Shown here in pieces: positions 13,403 through 26,330 of a stretch of 64,000 bases of DNA (position 1 is the stretch's first letter; each line of letters begins with the position of its first letter). The stretch is taken from assembly GCA_964016885.1 (NCBI GenBank), contig OZ024742.1:158534001-158598000 (forward strand), written 5' to 3'. The notes below the pieces were generated by a model. The model searched no databases and was not told the origin of the DNA. It was given only the letters and a program-made list of their open reading frames with translations. Position numbers and translations under genes: made by a program. The DNA comes from Eledone cirrhosa (taxonomy: Eukaryota).

Positions 13403-13737
13403 TAGGCACAAGGCCAGTAATTTAAGGGTGCTTTATTTTGTCGACCCCGTAAGGATGAAAGGCAAAGTTAATATCGGCGGGATTTGAACTGACACCGTAA
13501 AGGGCCGTAACTCTATGCTGCAAAGCATGGTGTCCGACTCTCTACCGATACTGCCAAAATAATTGTTTCTACTTTTGGCACAAGGCCAGTGCATTACTGG
13601 TACTTTATTTTATCGACCCTGTAAAGATGAAAGGCAAAGTTAACCTCGACGGGATTTGAACTCAGACCGTAAAGGGACGTAACTATGATGGAAAGCATGG
13701 CGTCCGACCCTCTCCCGATACTGCCAATTCACCGCCC
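13403..13737 (-). mobile_element. Two tandem tRNA-derived SINE copies
   Basis: The same A-box, B-box and core occur twice (13403-13557 and 13558-13737). Confidence 0.85.
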
Positions 13738-14247
13738 TTATTATTATTTTGAATTGTAATTTCTCTCCAATGTTAAAAACACAATAAAAATAAAGACAAT
13801 AAAAATGTTTAAACGGCGAGGACTTTCTGTTCAACCTAATGTCATTTCCAGCCTATTTGCAGTCTATTTGTTTCTATTTTGACTGTAAGAACGTGTTTTC
13901 AAATCCCGCACTCGGCTCAATTCAATCGATTTTCCTCTCCCCAAAATCTGTTCGCATTCTGCCTAAATCAGGAACCATTATTACTGTAACAGCATATTTC
14001 TGTAAATTAATTTATAATTCCATTTTCAGTATTTATTTCCGTAACTTGAGCACCCATGTAGAATATTTTGCAATGCAAATTAATTATATTTGTGGTGATC
14101 ATATTTAGTGTTTCCATATATATATTACAAAATTGCCAAGTTATGTGATTCATTAGATTCTAAGTCACAATATCACAAATGTAGTCTAATTATACTTCAT
14201 GGATATCTTAGAGATTTTTGTAGAGTCCATAATCTTAAAGTAATAAC

Positions 14248-14431
14248 TGTTTCTACTTTAGGCACAAGGCCAGCAATTACCCAGTGCATTACTGGTACTT
14301 TATTTTATCGACCCCGTAAGGATGAAAGGCAAAGTCAACCTCGGCGGGATTTGAACTCAGATCGTAAAGGGACGTAACTATGCTGGAAAGCATGGCGTCC
14401 GACCCTCTACCGATACTGCCAATCCACCGCC
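14248..14431 (-). mobile_element. Young full-length tRNA-derived SINE with 17-bp TSD; an older copy follows at about 14445-14655
   Basis: TSD AATCTTAAAGTAATAAC at 14231-14247 and 14432-14448. Head GGCGGTGGATTGGCAGTATCGG. Confidence 0.9.
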
Positions 14432-15625
14432 AATCTTAAAGTAATAACAGTTTCTGATTTTGATGCAAGGCCAGCAGTCTGCGGGTTGTATAACGTTGAT
14501 TATATTGATTCCCGCACTTACCCAGTACTTTAATTATCGACCCTGAAAAAATGAAAGGCAAAGTTGACCTCGGTGGAATTTTAACTCATTACGTAGAATG
14601 TCGTAACTAAATTCCTCAAGGCATTTTAGTCCGACGTTCTACCGATACTCCCATTTCTACACCTAGAAATAGTAATTGAGGTCCTGTCTAATGGAACAAA
14701 TATCTAGAGGGGTAGGGTGAAGAGGTCACTTTATTAATGAGGAGTGGGAAAGAAGGGAAGAAAATGAAGAGGAGGTGGGGTAAGAAGTGAGCTAGTGGTA
14801 TGTGAGAGGGGAGGACGGAAGCGATTCCCACCGAACACTAGAATAACTTCTGCTGTCTGTTGCCAACAACTTGACAGTTTTGTCACACGACCAGACAAGA
14901 AATTAGAGCAAAAGGTGAACATCGATCATATTGACTTCAGTATTTGAATGGTACTTTATTATATCGACCATAGAAAGATGAAAGGCAAAGTTGACCTCGG
15001 CTGGATTTGAAACCAGAACATAGATATTTTAGTGCCAATGTCTCATCCGTTGCACTAACTATTCTCCTAATCCGTAGCCCATAAAATTAATCAGAGATTG
15101 AAATCTCTACGTAAATATTCCAGTATATTTACCACTCCACACAAGAACAGAGACACCACTTATTCTGGAAATAATAATAGACCAGCGTGTAAATTTCTAC
15201 AGAAAGAATGTAGAACTGGATATATAAAACATTTAAGATATAGAGGCCGACAACGTTGCTGATTTTCCCTACTTTCTTCGATCCCATGCTTACATCAAAG
15301 GTTATATTGACGGGCTCCTTTATCGAGATAGCCGTATCATAAATTATTATAGATTTTCTTGCGTGTAGGATTACATGTGCATCATCATTTTCTATGGGTG
15401 TAGTTAGTTATAGAAACATTAAGTGCAACATAAGTATAGTTTCGCTAATGAAAGGGTAGTTGTCTTTGATATTAAGTAATGTGGTGGAGTGGAAGGGCAG
15501 TACTTAACTTATATTTCTAGTCATCTATAGTGTTTCTGTTATTTAATATATATGTAAAAGCTATAGACGAACGAAAAGGAATAACGTGAATATAAATATA
15601 AATCTATACATATACATATGTATAT

Positions 15626-15659
<34 letters not shown>

Positions 15660-16100
15660 GCTTATGTATATATATATATATATATATATATTCCAGTGTT
15701 GTGTCGGGAGGTAACCACAGTTAAAAATGATAATCAATACATTGGTAAACATAGATATAATTTATATATATATAGAAATGACTTCTACAGGACTAGAACT
15801 GTTTCATTCATTTGAAATAATCAGGAATTTCAAATAAGTTGGTCAGTTCTGGTTATTTATAGGTGTCTCAGTTGGTAGTTCAGGGTGGTGGGGGCGTTCC
15901 TATTTAATGGAGCAAGTATCTAGTGGGGGATGGCGAGGAGGAAAGGAGAAGTGACCTGATTAATGAAGAATGGGAGAGAGTGAAGGAGGTGGGGAAAACA
16001 AAGAAGAAGAAGAAGAAGAAGGAAGAGCGCTAGTGGTATGTGAGAGGGGAGGAGGGAAGTCATGTTTCTTTGAGTATATATATATAATTAATATAGAACT

Positions 16101-16151
16101 GGTTTCTACAGTACTAGAACTGTTTCATTCGAAGGAAATCATCAGGAAACC
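16101..16151 (-). ncRNA. Type I hammerhead ribozyme (family C); decayed relatives at about 15781-15830 (-) and 22975-23070
   Basis: Minus strand: GGTTTC-CTGATGA-tTTCcttcGAAt-GAAA-CAGTTCTAGTACTG-TA-GAAACC. 6-bp stem I, GUA cleavage triplet, near-palindromic stem III. Confidence 0.8.
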
Positions 16152-16533
16152 CGACTGTCAATGTGACATGGTGGAATGTATACATTTTTCTGGTGGTAGG
16201 GGAAGCTGGTGATAGGGATGGGTGGAGGTCATCGGCTGATAGGATTTAAGGAATGGGAGTTCTTTGAAAAAACTATACTTAGAGAAAAATACATAGAGAT
16301 ACAGAATGATATAAATGCAGGCACTCCTAATGTTCAAGATTCATTTAATCTAAGCAAACAAAGGGTTTTCATTAAGTAGCTGTATTAACATGCTGTGTTA
16401 AGGGGTGGTATAACCTGATACTAAAGCTCCCCTGATAGGTGACAAAAATAACATCCTCTATCACTTGTCTTCAGTTCAGTACCTTTGAGTCAGTCATTTA
16501 TCTATTATAACGTCACCATCTGTCTGTTTAAGC

Positions 16534-16620
16534 CAGGAATGAGCAACCTATTTCGTGAAGCGGGCCGCTTGAGATATGGCTCATCATCAAGCGGGCCGCA
16601 AGCGCTAATTTACATTCGTG
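16534..16620 (+). mobile_element. Possible 5' end of a hAT/Charlie-type non-autonomous element
   Basis: CAGGAATGAGCAACCT followed by two GCGGGCCGC motifs, typical of such termini. The partner end was not found. Confidence 0.4.
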
Positions 16621-17190
16621 CACACATTAAAAAAAAAAACGGGGTTAACTCAGGTTGTTTTGATTTGTTTCTTCACAATTCGTACACGTTGTTTTCCTCG
16701 ATCGTAAAAATATTAGAAATATAAATCAGAAATATTTCACTTAGGTGACTTAGGCGAGCCATTCAGAAAGCTCAGCAAGTTTCCCATGACTGCTTTAAGC
16801 CTTTGTTTGTATTTTTCATGAGTAATCTTTTCGCGTTTTGTGTTTCTCTTATTTGTTAGTGGCTTACTTTGTTCCTCTCGTTTTATTTTACATCCAAATG
16901 CTGCTCTTGCCGCGTTTTAATTTTGTATTAATTCAGGAATATTGAATATTTCCGAGAATTCTCTCGACTTTCACCCCTTTATTCGCGTTGTTTGACATCT
17001 TGCGATGTTGAAAGTAAAGTGTTTAAACCAATGCTGGTGGTTTTTCAAGTTAGATCGTGTTGTACTAGAAATCTATTTGCCTTTAGATGGCACGTCTTTG
17101 TTGTTTTCAGCACTTCCCTCACTTTAATATCTAGCTATTTATATTACAGGTTCAGAGGTAATCACGAAGGCTGAAATATTGATATTTCGT

Positions 17191-17242
<52 letters not shown>

Positions 17243-17244
17243 AA

Positions 17245-17385
17245 TGTGGGTGTGTGTGTGTGTGTACATATATAACCGTTTACATACGTATATAGATATT
17301 TAAATTAACCCCAAAATCCATATTAATATGGATTTTGGGGTTAATTTAAATATCTATATACGTATGTATACGGTTATATATGTAC

Positions 17386-17404
<19 letters not shown>
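17245..17404. repeat. Spacerless palindrome centred at 17324/17325
   Basis: ...TAGATATTTAAATTAACCCCAAAATCCATATT|AATATGGATTTTGGGGTTAATTTAAATATCTA... extends through the flanking (TG)n/(CA)n tracts with one mismatch in the unique part. Confidence 0.95.
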
Positions 17405-17416
<12 letters not shown>

Positions 17417-17418
<2 letters not shown>

Positions 17419-19141
17419 GCTCCTCTGCCTCCTTCACTGTGTTTGTCACTAGAACTATGTCGTCAGCAATTTCAGTATCTGATATATTGTTAGCCTTAAC
17501 TCTCCTGTTCTGAGCCGGTGCTACAGTAAAGCCAGAGTCTTGGTGTTTCTCCAGTACAAGGCGCAAACAATAGTCTACTGTGATGATAAAAAGCTAGGGA
17601 GCCAATGTATCTCTCTGGGGCACTCCAGCCAGTATTTCAAAGAACTCCGTCATCCCGTCAGGTGTAATGACTTTGGCTCGGCTGTTGGTGTAGAGCAGTA
17701 ATATCCGGTCCACTATTTTCTTGGGGATTCCATAAGCCTGTAAGATATTCATCGGGCAATGATGGTCCACAGAATTAAAGACCTTCCTAAACTCAATGAA
17801 AACCATGACAACAGGAAGGCTCTTCCCTCTATTATCCTTCTCAGCATCAGGATATGACTGGTGGTTGATCTTCCCTATCTGAAGCCGTTCTGGTTGTCTC
17901 TTGGCTTCTTCTCCATCCAGGGCTGGATCCTGTCTTTGCCACAAGTGACATCAGTGAGATCTCTCTTCTTTGGCATTGGGACGATGTTACTGGTCCCCAA
18001 CTGATTCGGGGCAATTCCTTTCACCAGTGCCTGGTTACAGAACTCCAGGGTGATATCATCAAAATCGCACCTCTTCATCACCTCTGATGCCACTCCATCT
18101 TCTCCATGCGCCTTGCCCTACTTGAACTTCTTCTTGGCTCTCTGAAGCTTCTCTCTGGCGAAGGGTCCTGTCTTAATATCCAGTCCCTCAAACAGCTGCC
18201 TGATCTCCCCAGCGTTCTGGGCTGTGGAAGGTGGCTCTCCTAGTAGGGCCCTAAAATCGTCCAGCCATTTCCTCTTCCTACCCACGGACCCTGCTCTCTG
18301 GATCTGATTCGAACTCCCCCTCTTCCTCCCTGTGATCTCTTTGATGATCGTCCAGCTCTCTTTATACCTAAACCTGTCAACCGCTCTCCCCACACTTCTG
18401 ATCTTCTCTATCAGTGCCTCCTCTCTGGCCTCAGTGTAAGCGGTACAGAGTTCTTCCTTCATCACCTCCATATTCTCCCCTTTCCCCTCCATAGGATCGG
18501 TATGGAATTGGTCCTTGGCAGCTTTCAGTTGTTCTCTGGATGTACACACTTTTGGGTCTGCAGAGCTGACGTTATTCCTCTTCTTCTCTCTCCTTGGCAC
18601 CAACGCCTCACTTCCTTCTGCCACTGCAGTAGTGAAGTATCCGTACCACGTCACACTCTCTTCAGTCCCTCTAATCTATCTCTCTTCTGTCGCTCCACAC
18701 AGAGCACTGAACCTGTTCCTCACTTCTATTGTGTACTTCTTCTGTAGCTTATCATCTCCAGTCATAGATTGCTCTCCGGGGCTGAGCCTTACTATTTCTT
18801 AAGCTCACCCGGACCTCATTCATAACCAGCCGGTGGTCACTGCCCAGTGTACTGAAATAATTGTATGGTTCTGTGTTCAGAACATTATTCCTCCACTTCT
18901 TCCTCACCAGAATGAAATCAATCTGGGACTTGGACAGGTGCATATCTGATATGTAGGTCCACATCTTACCCGGAGTCTTCCTAAACCTTAGGTTGGTTGC
19001 CATCAAGTTTGCCTCCATCAGGATGTCTCTCAGTAGTCTTCCATTTCGGTTGGTGTTGTTATGAAAATGCCAGCAAGGATCTTGACTACTCTCCTTACTC
19101 ACATGTGCATTGAAGTCACTCAGAACAAGCAGGGATGTCAT
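17417..19141 (-). mobile_element. RTE-clade LINE fragment (APE endonuclease C-half to RT YADD), truncated at both ends
   Basis: ORF pieces: SDFNAHV, SQIDFIL, LGSDHRLV (APE); QNGFR, FIEFRKVFNSVDH, GVPQRDTLAP, EIADDIVL (RT). Confidence 0.9.
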
Positions 19142-19289
19142 TAGCTGTTGTCATAACGACCAGACTGCTCCTTGACAGTGTAGTTAGAGGCTCTAACCCT
19201 AGTGCAGTTAAATACGCTCCCCATGGTTATTTTTAATGGCTGATAATACCTTACCAGCGCCACTCGAGTAAGGTAACTATTTATCCCAT

Positions 19290-19515
19290 AAATGGAGCCC
19301 TAACAGGTACTACTACTCCGAGCCAGAGCAAACCTGGGAGTAATAACAACTAAGGGGTAACTCCACATTCCCCACAGCTCCTGAACTCCCGAACTGGAGC
19401 CTTGCCACTGGGTGCAGTTTAATGTCATACCTACGACATATATAAATAGACAAGGGCAGAGCCCTAGCATGGCCTCAGTCGGATGGCTGGAACAGGTAAA
19501 AGAGTAAAAGAGTAA
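19290..19515. repeat. Fragments of short interspersed repeats, including the GCATGGCCTCAGnCGGATGGCTGnAACAGGTAAAAGAGTAAAAGAGTA end also seen at 5328-5375
   Basis: The terminal piece is repeated within the window. The family identity rests on recollection of octopus repeats only. Confidence 0.55.
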
Positions 19516-19600
19516 TATATATATATATATATATAACCAGCCGGTGGTCACTGCCCAGTGTACTGAAATAATTGTATGGTTCTGTGTTCAGAACATTATT

Positions 19601-21690
19601 ACCTGACAAACATAGGACTAGCTTCATACAACTAGACATCAACAATTACTACTCCTCTATCTCGCCCATAGTCCTGAACAAGGCACTCATATTCGCGATG
19701 AATAGGACAAACCTAACACGCGACGAGATCCGAATCATACACGCCGCCAGAAAGACCCTCATCCGATTCGGTGGGGACATATGGACCCGGAGCGACTGGC
19801 CAAATAATTTTGACATTACAATGGGCTCCAGTGACTCCGCGCAGCTAACGGACTTGGTTGGGATATACATACTCTACGAGATCAGGAGAGTAATACCCAA
19901 CCTGGGTGGCGGGCTGTACCGAGACGACGCACTTTTCACCGTACGGGACCACACCACCACAATGGTCGAAAATATGAAGAGGAGAATTAGGCACTTCTTT
20001 AGCAAGGTAGGTCTTAAGGTAGAGATGGAACCCAATAGAAAAGTAGTTAATTTCCTAGACACCACCCTCAACCTCAACACCAAGCTACACCACCCATATC
20101 ATAAACCCAATCAGAAGCTGGTGTATATCAACGCTAGGTCTAATCACCCTAGATCTATAGTTAAGGCCGTAGTTAAGAGTGTCTCTGACAGGATCTCTAA
20201 CTTGTCGGCCAATAAAGAGATCTTCAATAGTAACGCTGATTACTATAACTCAGCGCTAGCTAAGGCGTCCCACAGAGATAGGATCAGCTATAACCCTAAG
20301 GGACATGATCGAGATGACCCAAGGGTATCCCGGATCAATACCCTCAGGGGCATGAGTCGCCCACCTAATACCTCGGTGACCAGTAGTAACACTCCCAGAC
20401 CCCTATCCCTCACCACCCCCGGTAGAAGGTCCCGCATACCCCACCGGTCTAATACCTACAACGCTGAAGACCACTGTGCTGCGGAGCATAGGCACCCCTG
20501 CCCCGGCCCCACCACCCGCCGAACCCTAATTGAGCAGGGAGGCCGCACCTCGCAGGTTTTTAGCCCCACGGTGGGCCCATATAACCCTCATGATAGTGAC
20601 CGCTCCGTACACCCGAGTGACACCAACCGACTCGACCTGAGCTGTGCACAACCACGCGATGGCCCACGGCGGACACCCAACAACCCCGCAAGAATAGGAC
20701 CAGGAAGGTCACATGGTATAACCTTCCGTACTCGGTGGGTCTACGTACCAGCCTGGGTAGAACATTCTTTAGAGTACTGGATAAATGTTTCCCTAGGGCC
20801 CACAAGTACCATAAAATATTCAACATGCACACAGTGAAACTTTCCTACTCAACCACACGCTCCGTAGCCCAACACATAGCTGGCATAAATAGGAATAGGC
20901 TCACTGCTTCATATACCACCGTAAACCCCGGAGCCACCCAACAGAACCAGCACGCGGGACGCAACGGAACCCGGATAGGCCCAACTAGCACACCGGAACC
21001 CAACGACCCTGTGCTGATTGCGGAGGCTACCCAGCCAACCGCGAGTGATGGTAACCACGCGGTACATGTGGTGGGGCTTAAGAAGTCATGTAATTGCAGA
21101 GACGCATCACTATGCCCCCTTAGTAATGAAGCATGACGAAAAACGTGGTCTACAGGTGCAAGGTCACAACCCCTAACTCGGAGCACCACTACATAGGATC
21201 CAGAGCGACGAGCTTTAAAGATCGGTGGTATAACCATCGCCAATCCTTTAACAGAATAGATAAGAGGAAATGTACGGCCCTTTCTGAATTGATCTGGAAG
21301 CTCAAACTTGAAAAGGCCCCGCACTCTCTGGTCTGGTCCGTGGTTAGAAAGGTTCCCCCAGACAGAGGCGGTTCTGGTATTTACAACCTCTGTCTTAGTG
21401 AGACACTCGAGATTCTTCATGGCGGAACCAAGCTATTAAACAGAAGGGCCGACTTATTCGGTGCCTGCAGACACCTAAGGACGGGAACTTTCCTCAAGCT
21501 ATATGGATAAACCCCGTTAACGGCCAACCACAACGCCCCCCCCCCCCCCCTGTAGGTCCCCTACAGCCGTACCAATGACCAATGGACAACAACAACCACC
21601 CATAGTTTGTGGTCCCTATGGTGGATGATCCACCGGATCCTCTACTAGTTAGGAGTCATCTAAACCACGTTTTATTGAACCTGATTTTAT
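19601..21690 (+). mobile_element. Naiad-type Penelope-like element 1 (RT + zinc-finger linker + GIY-YIG), frameshifted and 5'-truncated
   Basis: FIQLDINNYYSSI, ITMGSSDSAQLTDLVG, GLYRDDAL, YINARSNHP, RKVTWYNLPYS, CNCR..CPL, VVY..YIG, NLCLSE, LLNRR..CRH, spread over ORFs 19572-20837, 20735-21136 and 21133-21510. Confidence 0.9.
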
Positions 21691-22612
21691 ATATATATGT
21701 ATATGTATATCATGTGTATATATACATATTTTTTATATGTGTATATATGTGTATTTTATATATATGTGTGTATATAAATATATGTATATATTTTATATAT
21801 ATATGTATGTGTATTTTATATATATATGTGTATGTATGTTTTATGTGTGTATATATTTTATGTATGTGTGTATTTTATGTATATATATATATTTTTTTAT
21901 ATTTTTATATGTATATATTTTATATATATGTATGTTCTGTGTATATGTATATATTTTATATATATATATACTTGTGCGTGCATACATGCATATATATATA
22001 TATACACCTGTATGGATTTGTGTGTGTAGATGTGTGAGTGTCTGAGGGGGTAGGTGTGAGTGTATGTACAAGTCAACCAGCATAAGCCTTTTATTTCTAA
22101 ATTTTCTAAACTATCTAAGTACTGGACTCTAACCAATATTTTAAGTATTACCACCCCACATTTTGTATGTGTGGATGTGTGTGTGTGTGTCTGTGGAGGT
22201 GGGTGTGAGTGTAGTGTAAGCCAACCTACATAAGTCTTTTTATTTGTAAATTTTCTACTCCAACCATAAATTTCAGTAGCACCACTCCACATAAATTCCT
22301 CAATTCAAGAATGACCTGTAGTATCTATTTCATACTATTAACCTTAATTGAATATATATCTGACCAGGAATGCTTTTTGTGAAAATCAGTCATATGGAAC
22401 TATTGTCATCTTGCCTGACGGTTTGAACTTTACAACACCACCTGCCTCTTTGAGGTCAAATACCAACCCTACTACCATCTACAAGCTGACCAATGAGAAT
22501 CAAGACTATTCCTGCTGACAACATTAAATTATTCCTAACAAGCTCATATGTCCCAAGGCTCTGATACCATCAACACTATAAACACAGAGCTGGCATATCT
22601 AAGAACTGACTA

Positions 22613-22668
22613 ACTGCCTGATGAGGTCATAGCCATTCAATGGCTATCATCGAAATATATATAGCAGT
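22613..22668 (+). ncRNA. Type I hammerhead ribozyme (family A) at the 3' end of a pLTR-like segment (about 22010-22715)
   Basis: Same structure as 4177-4232, with one loop substitution. It is followed by AATAAA and (TA)n. Confidence 0.85.
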
Positions 22669-22844
22669 AAATAAAGGATTATGAGTTCATGCAATTGACT
22701 TATGTTTCGTCACTATATATATATATATATATATAGATAGATAGATATAGATATGTTTCTTTATTAACCACAGAGGCACAAAAGAATGAGACAGTTACAA
22801 AGGGGGGAGTTTACATACAATAAAAACGTGTAATATATATATAT

Positions 22845-22897
<53 letters not shown>

Positions 22898-23559
22898 GAG
22901 AGAGAGAGAAAGGGATTCACCCTCTTTACTGATTCTTGAACCACATTGAACTTGAAAATGGATGACATAATATGATTCTACAGACCAAGATTTGTTTCAT
23001 TCCTTTGGAGTCATCTGAATATTGATGATAGTTTCAAACGAATGAAACATCTCTAGTCCTGTAAAAGTCATTTCTATTTAAAATAAATATATATACGTAC
23101 AGAAATAGAGGAAGCTAAAAATCTGACTACGACGCCAAACGGTTTCAGCTTATATTCGGCAAACAATTTCAAGTACACCCTTCAAAATGTTTGCTGAATA
23201 CAAGTCAGAACCACTAGGCATCGCAGTTGAGTTTGTATCGTCCTTTCCATGCATGGAGTAACCCCTGATTTGTGATTTCTCCGGTTTCGGCACCGGTTTC
23301 CTTAAGAGCTTTTGCTTATTGCATAACCTTCTGATAATTAAAATGACCACCCATTAGTTAAACCATCTAACATAAATGAAATTTAGCTCCTGTTACAGTT
23401 GAGACCCTTATTATGTAATGATGAATTAGGGCTCTTACCCCACTACGCTTAAATCGTATCCGGGTGTAAACACCTAGCCCTAACTCATAATAAAGGATGG
23501 AGGCATGGTATCAGAGGAAAAGTGATCCACTAGCATTTATGAAAACTGAATGCTTTACC

Positions 23560-24065
23560 CACTCTTTGCATAAGCCAGAGTCAGTGATAGAAAAAGATCA
23601 GATGAAGATTTTGTGGGATTTCAGAATACAAACAAATAAAAATTCAGAAAATTATAGCCTTACTTTGTAGTTTTTGACAAGGAAAAAGGATCTTGCTTGA
23701 TCATAGAAGTCAACAAAAGAAGAGTGCAACAAAAGAAGAAAAATATTAACCGACACTAGGATCTAAAGTGTGAACTGAAAAGCATTTGGGACTGCCATGA
23801 AATGAAGGTCGTCCCCATCGTCATATGAGCACTAGGTTCCTTCTTGAAGAGTTGCAAATGCTGGCTAAACCCATTATACCAGCCCCCTTCTTGTGGAACA
23901 TTTCATAAGGTATGCCTACTAGGAACAGCAAAGAGCCTCTCACACACGCGGCTGCGGGTATCAGCTTGAAGTTCATTTGGGCAATTGCTGCGTTTATGTA
24001 ATATCAATGACTGAGATATCAAATTCATAACAATACTAAAAATAATAATATTAATAATAATAACA
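23560..24065 (+). mobile_element. R4/Dong-like RLE non-LTR retrotransposon 3' remnant ending in TAA repeats
   Basis: Translation: HKPESVIEKDQMKILWDFRIQT...FVVFDKEKGSCLIIEV...DLKCELKSIWDCHEMKVVPIVI*ALG...KVCLLGTAK, followed by AATAATAATATTAATAATAATAA. Confidence 0.8.
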
Positions 24066-24640
24066 CAACAACTATTACTTCTACTACTATTGGCTCAGGT
24101 GTTTTTCTTTTTTTTTTGCATCTACTATTTTTTGCCTATCTCCTAAGCATCCTCATTCATCTCTATCGTCTTTCTTTTACATCCTTTTTTTTTATCAATA
24201 TTATTAATACTAATTCTTCACTTCAATTTCCTTCAATCTCTTACATTTTCCAAACTCATTCATTTTCTTCGTTTTCTCTGCTAAAGTGATTGTTTTCTAC
24301 AAATTTTCTTCATCTTCTTCTCTTATATTTTACTTTCTTCTTTTTTACGTTTCAATTCAATTCAATTTATTATCATTTATTTTTACAAATTCCACAAACA
24401 GTTGTCGCCTTTTTAAGTCTTCGACATTTTTAAAGCATTCGTTCGTTTTGTGTATTTGTGTTGTTTATATGTTTTGGTTTTGTTTTCATGTGTTTTTGGT
24501 TTGTTATTTTCAATTTTTCATCATCTATCTTATATTCAAAGTGTTCTTTTACGTAACTATGTTCTATATGCATCCATATATCTTTATACATACACATACA
24601 CACACTCATACACACACACATATATATATATAAATATATA

Positions 24641-24715
<75 letters not shown>

Positions 24716-25150
24716 ATATGCAATAATATAAATACATACATATATATATATATGTATATATATGTATATATGTATATATCACCTCTTTCACACTTTTCAT
24801 CAATCATGTCACTCTTTCTCCCTCCTTGAGTTCTTTCTCCCTCTCATAGATCCTCTCTCAACCATCCTCTCTCGAATCATCCTCCCACTCGATGCAGATA
24901 TATACCTCCATTTGTCACGTCTGTCAAATTCTATAGAGTCGTTTTTGTTCAATATATTTCGAAACATACTTCAATCTTCTATTTTTCAATTTTGCTCCAC
25001 CTCTCTTCAATCATTACGTCCCTCTCCACTATTCTGATGATTCTACCTTCTGCAGTCTCTCTTAAACTCTCTAATATTACTTTATCTTTCTTATATATAT
25101 ATATATATTATATATATGTGTGTGTGTGGGGGGGGGGGGGGGGTATAAAC

Positions 25151-25182
<32 letters not shown>

Positions 25183-26077
25183 ATGTTTGTGTGCGTACAC
25201 ACACACATATGTATATATGTATGTGTGTGTGTGTACAGATATACATTTGCAAACATATATGTTTATATATATATATATACTATATAAGCGCATGTATATA
25301 TCTGTGTGCGTGGAAATATGTACATTTTTAAGCACACTCATACATGTATGTATACACACACACTCTCTCTCTCTCTCTCGCTCTTTCTCTATTTCTCTCT
25401 GTGTGTATATATATGCATATACACACACACATACGCATGCACACACATACACACACACATACACACACACATACACACACACACACACATCTATATATAT
25501 ATATATATATATATGCATACATACAAACTTGCACAGATTCTTTCATAGACAAATACATGCATGCACACATACATACATGCATATGTACAATAAGACATAC
25601 ATACATACATACATACATACATACATACATACATACATACATACATACATACATACATACATACATACATACACACATGAATACATAAATATGTTCATCC
25701 ACACATACATATATACATATACGGGATTTGCATTACTGCAAGTAGATATTTTCTGTCATTAATGTTGATTGTGTAAGTATTAATGTTGTTGTATTCTTTT
25801 ATTCTTTTTTATAGTTTTAATATATTTTTGTTAAGATATATTATTGTTGTCATTGCCATAGCTTCAGCCGTTGTCATCGTCGTTTCGAATGCTATCTTGT
25901 GTTCACTCTGAAAGATAATTCTAGAAGCGAATCACGTTGTTAAGTATTAGTATGTTACGTTGCTGTTTGTCTCATAGTGTTGTGCTTCCGCGGAGCTTCT
26001 AGAAAATGAAGTGAAATTGATGGAGAATCAATATAATGTATTTCTACAGGAAGCTGTTTTTCCTGTGTATATACACA

Positions 26078-26171
<94 letters not shown>

Positions 26172-26265
26172 TGTGTGTATGTGTGTGTGTGTGTGTATAC
26201 AGTGAATTTCAAACCGATAAGGTATGATTTTCATGGGTACGTCTCTATTTATAAAACAAACTTGG

Positions 26266-26330
26266 TATTTTATCTGATGAAAGCGCACCAATGGTGTCTT
26301 GGTTGCCCTTGAAATATATATAATAAAATA
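26266..26330 (+). ncRNA. Type I hammerhead ribozyme (family D)
   Basis: TATTTTAT-CTGATGA-AAGcGCACCAatggtgtctTGGtTGCcCTT-GAAA-TATATA-TA-ATAAAATA. The downstream flank is homologous to 41560-41650 (-). Confidence 0.8.

Noticed and set aside
14248-14431. tRNA genes
   Set aside because: A and B boxes are present, but they sit in SINE heads with a shared core, tail and TSDs, and there is no cloverleaf.
21080-21660. Selenocysteine-recoded Naiad (UGA at conserved Cys plus SECIS), known for some Naiads
   Set aside because: The TGA ending ORF 20735-21136 is explained by a 1-bp deletion in a Cys codon. The other Cys codons are TGY, the in-frame RT stop in Naiad 3 is TAG, and I see no convincing SECIS.
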